Shown here piece by piece: positions 50,569 through 60,943 of a stretch of 64,000 bases of DNA. Origin of the DNA: Octopus bimaculoides. Its lineage: Eukaryota. The stretch covers positions 52,418,096-52,482,095 of the forward strand of contig NC_068991.1 of NCBI RefSeq assembly GCF_001194135.2. Direction: 5' to 3'. How positions within the stretch are numbered: the stretch's first letter is position 1; every line of letters begins with the position of its first letter. The notes under the pieces were generated by a model. That model was not told where the DNA came from. It saw nothing but the letters and a program-made list of their open reading frames with translations, and did no database searches. The translations under genes and the position numbers were made by a program.

Positions 50569-50831
50569 TGTAAAGGATAAAAGTTTAGAATGGTACAAGA
50601 AATGGACTATATACCTGTTGTAATTTGGTTATCAATAGTCCGATGATATTTCGGAATTACAATTCCTTCTTCAGATCTTCTTGGCTGGAGTCTCCAGCTA
50701 AAAAGATCTGAAGAAGGAATTGTAATTCCGAAATATCATCGGACTATAGATAACCAAATTACAACGGGTATATAGTCCATTTCTTGTTTTATAGTGCATT
50801 ATTGTACCATTCTAAACTTTTATTCTTTACA
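50569..50831. repeat. Near-perfect ~260-bp palindrome (foldback MITE-like)
   Basis: 96-bp arms 50595-50690 and 50692-50787 around a single T at 50691. Outer arms extend to 50569 and 50831, with a 16-bp deletion in the left arm. Confidence 0.9.
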
Positions 50832-50871
50832 TACATATATGTGTTTGTGTGTGTGTGTGTTTTATATATGC

Positions 50872-50904
50872 CAAACTGAAGATGTCTTCTATTATTTATT
50901 TCAG
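50872..50904 (+). promoter_or_regulatory. 3' splice site upstream of the start codon, implying an upstream non-coding exon
   Basis: tcttctattatttatttcAG|gcag with a branch-like ACTGAAG ~30 nt upstream. BMP2/4 genes typically have a non-coding exon 1. Confidence 0.7.
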
Positions 50905-50915
50905 GCAGTTTCATA

Positions 50916-51435
50916 ATGATGGTGAGGCACCAATTGATGCTAGTTGTAGTTCTCTTCGTACTCCTCCATGGACAGGTGTTGGCCATCATCCTATCTACTG
51001 ACACCTTTTCGCATCACTTACCGCCGGCGTCGACATCACCGTTATCAACATCACCATTATCAGTGTCATCTTCATCATCTTCATCATCTTCATCATCGTC
51101 AACATCGTCCTCATCATCATCGTCGCCGTTGGTGTCATCATCATCATCATCAACATCATCATCGTCGTCGTCCTCATCCTCATCATCTGTAAAAGTGACA
51201 ACAAACAAAAGAGACAATTTTCCACAGACCCATGATGATTTGTTTAAAGCTTTTGAAGCGAATTTGCTTCAGATATTTGGACTTAAGAATCGACCCAAAC
51301 TGAATGAGAAAACATTTGTTCCCCAATACATGTGGGATTTATATGATAGCCATAAACAGAAGAGGGATCCTTCAGCCCCCACCAGTGGACGAGGTTATTT
51401 ACCAGCCAACACTGTTCGCAGTTTCTACCACATCG
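50916..51435 (+). CDS. BMP2/4: BMP2/4 (dpp) first coding exon: signal peptide, poly-Ser tract, N-terminal prodomain
   Basis: ATG at 50916, 11 nt after acceptor tttatttcAG (50904). Hydrophobic signal peptide MMVRHQLMLVVVLFVLLHGQVLA. Prodomain motifs FEANLLQIFGLKNRP, VPQYMWDLY and ANTVRSFYH match BMP2/4/Dpp. Donor G|GTAAAT after 51435 (phase 1), at the conserved BMP2/4 intron position. Confidence 0.95.
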
Positions 51436-51499
51436 GTAAATCAGCAACTATTTTTTTCGTTAAATGTTTTCTTTATTATTTTTTTTTCTTCTCTTTTAC

Positions 51500-51885
51500 T
51501 TTTTACTTGTTTCACTCATTGGGGCACCGCCTTAAAGAATTGTAATCCAATGAATCGGCATCACTACTTTCATTTTTTTTTTATGCTTTATACATATTCT
51601 ATTGGTCTTTTGCCGAACCGCTAAGTTACGGGGACGTAAATACACTAACACCGGTTGTCAAGCGGTGGTAGGGGACAAACACAGACACAAAGGTATACAC
51701 ACACACACACACACACACATACATATATACGACGGGTTTCTTTCATTTTCTGTTTACCAAATCTAGTCACAAGACTATCGTCGGCCCGAGGCTATAGGAG
51801 AATTCACTTGCCCAAGATGTCACACAGTGGAGCTAAACCAAGATCCATGTGGTTGGGAAGCAAGCTTCTTACCATACAGCAACAT
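51500..51885 (-). mobile_element. SINE family B in the BMP2/4 intron, CpG-intact
   Basis: Near-full copy starting ~65 nt downstream of the donor site. Confidence 0.85.
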
Positions 51886-51909
51886 CTTCGTTGAATTTTT
51901 TTTTTAGTT

Positions 51910-52065
51910 TATATTTTGGCACATTTGACTTAAACTTCGAATATAAAATTTTTTCTGTTCTAGAAGATAAAATATACAAGTATACGAAGTTTGAAAGTGT
52001 TTCGGTAGAAAACACACTAAATAAAACATAAATAAAAAGTGACGCCCGCCAAATCAGAAAGATCC
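51910..52065. mobile_element. Solo right end of the GGATC-terminated family inside the BMP2/4 intron
   Basis: Aligns to ~40990-41136; terminus CGCCAAATCAGAAAGATCC is the reverse complement of the 38408 left end. Confidence 0.7.
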
Positions 52066-53210
52066 TGTAATATATAATATATATGCGTGTGAAACTATCT
52101 GTGTATATGCGCGTGTTGTACGTATGTGTGTATGTATATATTCATGTGTGTATGTGTTTTAATATTGCTATAGTCCTTGCCTAGGTTAAAGCAGTATCGC
52201 TCAGAGTGTCTAGTTGCAGTTGTGTGTGCGCGCGCAATTGGCTGCAAAGTATCTCCTCTTCGCATTTGGGCAGCCAGACTCATGGAATAGAATGCAGTTG
52301 ATGTAAGGGAGGCAACTTCTTTAAAATGATCATACGTTATACATTGGTTATTTCCCTTACATATGTTCTTGGGTACACGCATACATTTGTAGGAGAGCTC
52401 TTCCCAGCAGCAAAAAAGTTCATAGAAAGACTTGAGATAAGGAATGACTACTGAGATGTTGCTCGATAAATGTGATGATTCAGATCAAGAAATGAGAGGA
52501 AGAGAGTTAGCTAACAATGTAAATCAATGAGAAGTGTGTGGATTTTAATCTGGAGGTGGTGTAAATATCCAGTTTTAAAATAGAAGTATGGTCAGGTAAC
52601 ATGATTAACAATTAGAGAGAATTTATCCCTTAGTTCAATGTGTATTTGCTAATTTGATGGTGAGGGAATTGTCAGAAATTAACCCGAAATTTGTCTAAGT
52701 GGCATTACTTCATGAAAAACTCAGATCTTGTAATCAAAGAGAGTCACAGAATTTTTGATGATTTTTTTTGCAATAGTTTTTTTTTTCTTCACCTATACAT
52801 AATTGACATAATTAAGTACCATATTAAAATCTGTTCCTGAGTATTTAAGCTTCAAAGTGTGAGGAAAAGTGCATAGTATGCATGATTAAATTTTGACATT
52901 ATCTACACTCTGTAATTAGGAAATGTATTGATAGCTGTCAAAACTGAATTCCATATTAAGGAAAGACGAAAATGTATCAGCATAACAGTTGTTTTTTCCA
53001 TATGTTTATAAATCTAAAACTGATTTGTTTATCTTAATAAAGCTAATATAAAGTAAAGATAAATACACTTCTCCTATCAATATCTGATCTAACTGAATCC
53101 ACATTCCATTAAATTACTTTTGATTTTTGCATAAAATATATAAAACTAAAATGTTCCAAATTGAAAGACTACTTGTGATAATGATTAACATTTTTTCCTC
53201 TCTTTTCCAG

Positions 53211-54208
53211 ACCCTCACTTCATGGACTGCACAGAAGAAAATGCCAGTACCATTATGTTCAATATTTCTAATATGATGGAAGAAGAGATTTTAACAGCAG
53301 CTGATTTAAGGATCTTCTGGGATCCTAAATTTTATGAATATAACTACAGAAGAGATGCTAGCTTAAGTGATATTTCTATTGATAATTCATATGATAGTAA
53401 TTATAACATTACTAAAGACAATAATAATAAAAATATGTTTAAAAAACTGAAATATTTTCCTATTCGTATAGAGGTCCACGAAGTTATAAGTCCACCCCGA
53501 TGGGGAAGTTCCAATGAGTGCATTACACGGCTTATTGACACTAAGGTTATTCACAGCAACAGTAATACATCAACATGGATTGTTTTTGATGTACACCCAG
53601 CTGTTCTGAAATGGAAACAAACGCCACACTTAAACCATGGCTTGCACATTCGACTATCTACAGCAACAAAAAACCCAGTTTCTGTTCAACCACATCAACA
53701 TATACGATTAAAGAGAGCAGCGGACATTGAACAAAATGAATGGCAAAATTCTCGCCCTTTACTTATCACTTACACTGACGATGGCAAAGGTGTACCCCTC
53801 AAACGTTCTCGAAGAAGTGCAAGACACAGAAGGGAACGAGGAAAAAAAAAACGGCGGCGTTCCAAAAAAGTTCAGCGACACCGAAAAGCGGGCGCGGAAT
53901 GTCGTAGACACCCAATGTATGTTTCATTTAATGAAGTAGGATGGACAGAATGGATTGTGGCCCCCGTGGGTTACCAAGCCTTTTATTGTGATGGCAAATG
54001 TCCGTTCCCAATTTCAGACTATTTGAACTCAACAAATCATGCTATTGTTCAGACCCTTGTGAATTCTGTGATGCCCGACAGAATACCTGAGGTATGTTGT
54101 GTACCTACAGAACTTAGCTCGATTTCAATGCTTTATCTCGATGAGCAAAACAAAGTAGTCCTTAAAAATTATCAAGGAATGGTTGTAAAAGCATGTGGAT
54201 GCCGATGA
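53211..54208 (+). CDS. BMP2/4: BMP2/4 (dpp) last coding exon: rest of prodomain, furin sites, mature 7-cysteine TGF-beta domain
   Basis: Acceptor ttttttcctctcttttccAG at 53210. G+AC gives Asp and joins in frame to ORF 53222-54208. 520+998=1518 nt = 505 aa plus stop. Mature domain [10 protein letters not shown]...[20 protein letters not shown]...[15 protein letters not shown]...[35 protein letters not shown] is diagnostic of BMP2/4/Dpp. Confidence 0.97.
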
Positions 54209-56429
54209 CAAAAACTTTTTCTAAACAGTCCTCAGTCATCAAACATGTTGTCCTCATTGACACACTATTACTACTTNNNNNNNNNNNNNNNNNNNNNNNN
54301 NNNNNNNNNNNNNNNNNNNNNNNNNNNNNNNNNNNNNNNNNNNNNNNNNNNNNNNNNNNNNNNNNNNNNNNNNNNNNNNNNNNNNNNNNNNNNNNNNNNN
54401 NNNNNNNNNNNNNNNNNNNNNNNNNNNNNNNNNNNNNNNNNNNNNNNNNNNNNNNNNNNNNNNNNNNNNNNNNNNNNNNNNNNNNNNNNNNNNNNNNNNN
54501 NNNNNNNNNNNNNNNNNNNNNNNNNNNNNNNNNNNNNNNNNNNNNNNNNNNNNNNNNNNNNNNNNNNNNNNNNNNNNNNNTGTCAAACACAGAGGAACAA
54601 GAAAAACAAAAATTCAAAATAAAAGAGAGAGATGTTTGTGTATACAATGTTAAAGGAACAATTAATTATTTTATAATTTTTTCAAATATGTTAAAAGAAC
54701 ATTGACATAATTTTTGTATATTTTTATTTAAGAAAATCTATCGACTCTTTGTTCCTGGATGTAAATGAAGATTTGGTCATAATTAAGGTGGGGAGGGTTT
54801 TTTGTTTTGTTCTTTTTTTTTTTTTTTTTTTTCAATCCGAAATTTTCCATATATAAAAACATGAAATCAGGAAAAACTAAGGAACTGATGACAGTTTATT
54901 GATACTCAAAGCCTAACTTTGCCTTCTCACTGAATTCTTGCTTTGTTATTGTTAGTCCAAGTGATTTCACAGGTGATGAGATGCATAGAGATGTTATCCA
55001 TGTAGGTGACACTTAAAAGCTCCATGTATGCTCTACTGCTTTTACTTTGCACCATCTATTGGGATTATAAATGTTTGTTTAAAAGGATAGATGGTTGTGT
55101 GTGTGTGTGTGTGTGTGTGTGCATGTGTGTGTGTGTATGTNNNNNNNNNNTGTGTGTGTGTGCATGTGTGTGTGTGTATGTGTGTCTGGACATCTATCAA
55201 TGTGCTTGTGTACATGTGAAAAAGCAGAAGTGCATATGTTATGATATGATACCAGTTATGCAAATATAGAACAATGGAATATTTCTTGCAGCCCTGCATG
55301 TCTCCTCAAATGAAATATTATCATCACTGGAGACTATTATACCATATACCATACCCCCAACTGTATATCTCACAGTTGCTTTAGTTTCACTATTTATAAT
55401 CCTATATTACAACATGACACCTCCGTGGTCCATACAACAATCTTTGATCATGGAATTACCATTGATTTTGCATTCAGTTATCAGAAATCCCATGCTTTTA
55501 ATCCAATCAACTCTGCAATGCTCAACAAACATTTTATCATGTTGAGATATTTCTTAGCAAGCCATCAATATTATTATTATTATTAATTTTTCAGTGTTCT
55601 AAATATAGATTTTGGTAAAAGAAAACTATTTATTTGAAATAAAACTTTGTAATTGTGTATTTATTAAATGACAACAGTGATCAGCTAATTTTTTTGCCAC
55701 AATATCCAGTTCTCACTAATAAGCTATACTCCATGCTCACAGTTATTTCTTGACCTGGCTTGGAGTAAAATTGACAACTCATTTGTCTCAAGCACTTTGT
55801 GCTAGCAGATAATATTACATCTCAATAATTTGTAACCAATTCCTGCAGGTACTTCCATTTAACGCTTGCTGCTCGTTATCCACTTTCTGCAAGAAGCAGT
55901 CATGTGGATACATTTTTTTGAGTTCACATCTACTGCAGGTGTTTTATTATGGATGGTCAGTACATAGGACTACATAACCTTCAAGTGAACTGGAGCACTT
56001 AAGAATATCTCCACCTGAAAATTTATTTTTCTTTACTTTGCTAAAACCATAAAATCAAGACTAAGCTTGGATCCTCAGCCTGGGACATTCATATTCACGT
56101 ATAAAATACAAGTAGTTGCACCAAATAACTATGAAAGAATTCTTCCTAATTGCAGCTAAACATCACACTTGGTCCAAGCTAGAATTGACACTAAATGTTT
56201 GATACTAGTTTCAATCATGTAACAACAGGTTGTCCTGGCTAGAAATCCACCAGGTTCTTGCTCAGCCATTTATCCAATTCCTTCAAATATCTCAACACTC
56301 TTTTACACTTAAAACGTTATTCTCCCACAAATTATTTTAAAACATATTATATTCCTGGAATCAATTATATTTGATAATTACCTGTCCCTATAAATCTGGA
56401 TGGTTGATTTAACACATTACCTGGTTTAA

Positions 56430-56650
56430 GAACTAGTCTTTGAGCCAATGAGTGGTCACTTGGCCTGTTAGAAATAGAACCTAAATCTCACTTAATCATG
56501 TCCTACAAGGTTGAAAGGAGAAGAATACACTGAATAATGTAGTTCAACATATACTATGTCTAAAAGGAAAAGGAGTAGTTAAAGCAGGAATATCTCTCAC
56601 AATATGTCTGCTGTTTTATCAAGACAACCTGAGAGCTAAACAACAACAAC
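56430..56650 (+). mobile_element. Additional interspersed repeat (family E) with (CAA)n tail
   Basis: Similar segments at ~11000-11120, ~14760-14970 and ~44430-44910 (the last hosts the hAT MITE). Confidence 0.5.
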
Positions 56651-57419
56651 ATTAACTGGTCCTTACAGAATTCACTGTTGCAAGCTATCAGAGCAGACCT
56701 CCAGTTAACCTTTCTGTTCATGTTTTTTCTGCAGACATAAAGTATGAGCTGCTCAGTTCAGGCATTATGTACGTCAACCTTACTAGTTTGTTCAGAGAAT
56801 TCACAAAAGGTCGTATGCACTTTTAACTTTTGGTATATCCAAGGGCAGTAACTCTTGGTGTCCTTTCCTCCACATAACCCTTCCAACTACATCAGAGTTT
56901 AAACAATCCTTAATAAAGTTCTCATACATATTACATGAATTATCTCGTGTATGACTGAATATAACAATAGCTAGGGAAATTACACAGTTAGACCACAGTA
57001 TTTTACACACATTCAGTTTTATATGATTTAGTAGAGAATCAACAAATAAAAAAAAGCCAATATTGTTTGAAGAAACTATATTAAGAACATCAAAATATTT
57101 TTGATTTTGGAATTAAATTTAATTAATGTATTTGATACATTAATCGATTAGGTTTACTTTTTACTTATTATTTTATATATAACACCTACCCCACTCCTTT
57201 CATAGTGTCATTTGATCTGGTTTGTGCCCCCATCACCCAGCCTTGTAACAAAGTGGTTACTGCTCTTCCGTTGACTAACTTATAATAAAAACAATAATGA
57301 TCAGCCATTACTTAGCTTTCTCTCTGGTTATTTCATATTTTCTCAATGATTATTCATTTCTGTAAGTTCTTTCCCATTAGATTAATCTTCAGTATTCATC
57401 TCTCTTCAATATAAATGTA

Positions 57420-58105
57420 AGGTGAGGAGCTGGCAGAATCATTAGCATGCCCGGCAAAAAATGCTTAGAAGCATTTCATCTGTCTTTATATTCTGAGTTC
57501 AAATTCTACTGAGGTTGACCTTACCTTTCATCCTTTCAGGGTCAACAAAATGAGTACCAGTTGTGCACTGGTGTTCAAAGTAATCAACTTACACCCTCCT
57601 CTGAACTTGCTGGCTTTGTGCCAAAACTTGAAATCAGTATAAACAGAAGGAAGGCTGTGAGCTGGCAGAATCATTAGCATGCCAGGCAAAAATGCTTAGT
57701 AGTATTTCATCTATCTTTACATTCTGAGTTCAAATTCCGCCAAGGTCAACTTTACCTTTCATCATTTCAGGGTCGATAGAATAAGTACCAGTTGAGCACT
57801 GAGGTTGGCGTAATCAATTAACTCACCCCTGTGCCAAAATTTGAAACCAATACAAGTGGAAAGTGGAAGGCAGCAACCTGACAGAACCATTAACATGCCA
57901 AATAAAATGCTGAACAGCATTTCTTCTGGGTTCATGTTCTTACTTCAAATGTCACCAAGGTCAGCTTGGCCTTTCATCCTTTTGGAGTCTATAAAATAAG
58001 TGCTGGAGTCTGCGAATTAAGTCAAGTACCGGGATCAATGTAACTGACTTATCCATTCCCCCAAAATTGCTGACCTTGTACCTATAGTAAAAAGTAGAAA
58101 GAAAT
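57420..58105 (+). mobile_element. Three tandem SINE A copies, CpG-depleted
   Basis: 57420-57640, 57650-57850 and 57868-58105, with 1, 3 and 2 CG dinucleotides respectively. Confidence 0.85.
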
Positions 58106-59394
58106 ATAAGTGGAAGCTTTTGAGACAGCTTATTGATGGACTACAACCTGTGGCCCAGTTTAATACCATCTCTTGGCTCTTAGTTGCCTTTGGCTAAGTC
58201 CACTGTCATTGAAGTACTTCAGCCAGCTTTTCTGGTTTACAATAACATTCTCCCATCAGTCACACAGTCCCTAAAACCAACCATAGCCACAACTGCTTCT
58301 CTTATCACTAAACTGTTTAACAAGAAAACAACAAATGGTGAGGTTGTACTCTTAGATCCATTTTAATCTTGATAAACTGTAAACAAAGTGAATTTTAGTA
58401 TCTGAATTGTTTTACATGACTATTTACCAATTTATGACTTCCTAATTAAACAATTTACAGACAGAAGAAATAAAATTAATTTAGTAAGCTAAACGAAAAG
58501 TCATAAATATTTGTACTTAAATATTAATCTGTGAGTGTGTGTCAATATATTTGAATACGTATGCATGTGAATGTGTTCTTAAACTTAATTGTATTCATGT
58601 GTGTGTGTGTGTGTGTGTGTGTACACACACACACACATAATACATTATAACTGAAAGTCTCCAGTTTCCTGTGCTCAGAGTTGCCTGTTTCTGACCAACT
58701 GCTGACTGAGCCTAGTTTTCTGTTCAATATTCAATGTCTGAATATTTTTTGAAATACGAAATGGAAATTTGAAGGAAACACTTATCCTTACATTTTTTCA
58801 TTCAAAAACATTTGTGAACGATACATGTAAAAATGGCTGCTTCAAGCTGATGCTTTCAATTTCAGTTCTGGTTCTCATAGTAATATTATTATAAACATCA
58901 TAAACTCCATACAACAGAAGTCATGAAATGGTATTACTGTTTAAGCATGTGTTGTTCACACATATTTTTAAACTAAAGAACTTAAGGATAAGCATTTCCA
59001 CCAAACTTTAATTTCATATTTCAAAAAATATCCAAACAGTGGATATTTCTAAAGAAAACCGAGATCAGTTTACCAGCTTTGATCGGAAACAAAAAAATCC
59101 AGAGTACTGGAAATCAGGGCTTTTCAGTTACAATGTATTAAAGAATATTCTACATTTGTTCTTTAATTTATCACTTCTGGTAAGTCAACCAGGGGTGAAC
59201 CCAAGGGAGTCGGGCTGAAGGGCACATGCCTCCCTCAAGAAAAGAAGTGCAGCCTTCTAAATAATATTATGCCCTTTTCTCCTGGATTTGTATTCCCTTC
59301 TGACCGCATACCCTTCCTTCGAAAAATTCCTGGGACCGTGCCTATCAATAGATATACATTTGTATATATTGCATATGTGTTGATATATATACGT

Positions 59395-59582
59395 AAAAGA
59401 CACGTAAAAGCACCCACTACACTCTCTGAGTGGTTGGCGTTAGGAAGGGCATCCAGCTGTAGAAACTCTGCCAAATTAGATTGGAGCCTGGTGTTGCCAT
59501 CCGGTTTCACCAGTCCTCAGTCAAATCGTCCAACCCATGCTAGCATGGAAAGCGGACGTTAAACAATGATGATGATGATGAT
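59395..59582 (+). mobile_element. Retroposon 3' end with RTE-type tail and (GAT)n
   Basis: GGTTGGCGTTAGGAAGGGCATCCAGC...CCAACCCATGCTAGCATGGAAAGCGGACGTTAAAC(GAT)n resembles RTE-clade 3' ends. Confidence 0.6.
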
Positions 59583-59604
59583 ATACATACACACCTTTCA
59601 TCTC

Positions 59605-60210
59605 TTATTTGTTTCAGTCATTAGTCCGGGGCCATGCTAGGGCCCCAGCTTGGAGAATTTTTAGTCAAATGCATAGACACCAGTACTTTTTTAAACCTGG
59701 TACTTATTCTATTGGTCTATTTTCCTGAACCACTAAGTTATGGGGACAAAAACACACCAGCACAGGTTGCTGAGCGGTGCTGGGGACAAACACGGGCACA
59801 AAGACACACACATAGATATAAATATGTACGACGGGTTTCTTTCAAGTTCCGTCCACCAAAACTATTCACAAGACTTAAATAAGATGGAGGCTATAGTAGA
59901 AGACACTTGCCCAAGGGGCTACACAGAGTGACTGAATCTGAAGCCATGAAGTTGGGAAATAAGCTTCTTACTTCTTTATTGCCCACAAGGGGCTAAACAA
60001 GGACAGACAAATGGATTAAGTCGATTACATCGACCTCAGTGCGTAACTGGTTATTAATTTATAGACCTCGAAAGGATGAAAGGCAAAGTCGACCTTGGCG
60101 GAATTTGAACTCAGAACGTAACGCCAGACGAAATACCACTATACATTTCACCCGGCTTGCTAGTGATTCTGCCAGCTCGCTGCCTTATAAGCTTCTTACC
60201 ACACAGCCGT
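59605..60210 (-). mobile_element. SINE family B interrupted by SINE A
   Basis: 59605-59971 plus 60187-60210. Confidence 0.8.
59972..60186 (-). mobile_element. SINE A nested in a SINE B head, 13-bp TSD
   Basis: ATAAGCTTCTTAC at 59959-59971 and 60187-60199. Confidence 0.9.
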
Positions 60211-60729
60211 ACCTACACATATATATGTGAGTGTGTGTGTGTGTGCATGCATGTGTGTGTGTTTGCATGTGTGTACACATGTGTGTACATGTGTGAGTGT
60301 ATACACACATATGTGTGTGTGTACTGATAACAAGAATTCTCATCATATACTAACTGACTGATAGCAAACAAGACAATCTTTTTATCAACATGTCCCATTG
60401 TATTTTATATTTTGAGACGCAATAAAATATATATAATTAAAGAGAATTATGTATGAAAGTGTGCACGTATGAGTGCAAATATATGCATACACACACACAC
60501 ACACACACACACATATTAGAAGGTTGTAGGGATTTGCTCTCCTGTTCACAATGTATCAGATGCAGCTGTGCATCATTGACCAGCTAGAAGAGATGTCCTC
60601 TTGGGGTCAAAAAATTGCAGTAAAGTCCATTTAAACAGACAGCCATGTTGAAGTGACTACGAATATTACTTGTTAGTACAACTACTGTGTTGATTTCTTA
60701 CAGAGATTTTATAACTAGCATTTTTGCTT

Positions 60730-60767
<38 letters not shown>

Positions 60768-60831
60768 NNNNNNNNNNNNNNNNNNNNNNNNNNNNNNNNN
60801 NNNNNNNNNNNNNNNNNNNNNNNNNNNNNNN

Positions 60832-60899
<68 letters not shown>

Positions 60900-60943
60900 C
60901 ACACACACACACACACACAGATATATATACACACACACATATA

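Larger units (their letters stand above)
51436..53210 (+). other. BMP2/4 coding intron (1775 nt, GT-AG, phase 1)
   Basis: GT at 51436, polypyrimidine tract plus AG at 53191-53210; splicing restores one open frame. Confidence 0.92.

Noticed and set aside
50995-51225. Antisense and alternative-frame ORFs rich in Asp, Met or His
   Set aside because: Other frames of the (TCA)n poly-Ser repeat.
51436-51545. ORF track extends the BMP2/4 first coding exon to 209 aa
   Set aside because: Read-through past the conserved donor into intron and SINE sequence; no evidence for a prodomain-only isoform.
21355-58105. Recurrent near-identical blocks suggesting a CRISPR-like array
   Set aside because: Dispersed tRNA-headed SINEs in a eukaryotic genome; no regular repeat-spacer period and no cas genes.
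58184-58366. 60-aa ORF and nearby exon-like minus-strand segments (also ~60540-60700 and ~62330-62480)
   Set aside because: No open frame with matching splice sites or recognisable motif; the 62.3-kb piece is partly SINE B.
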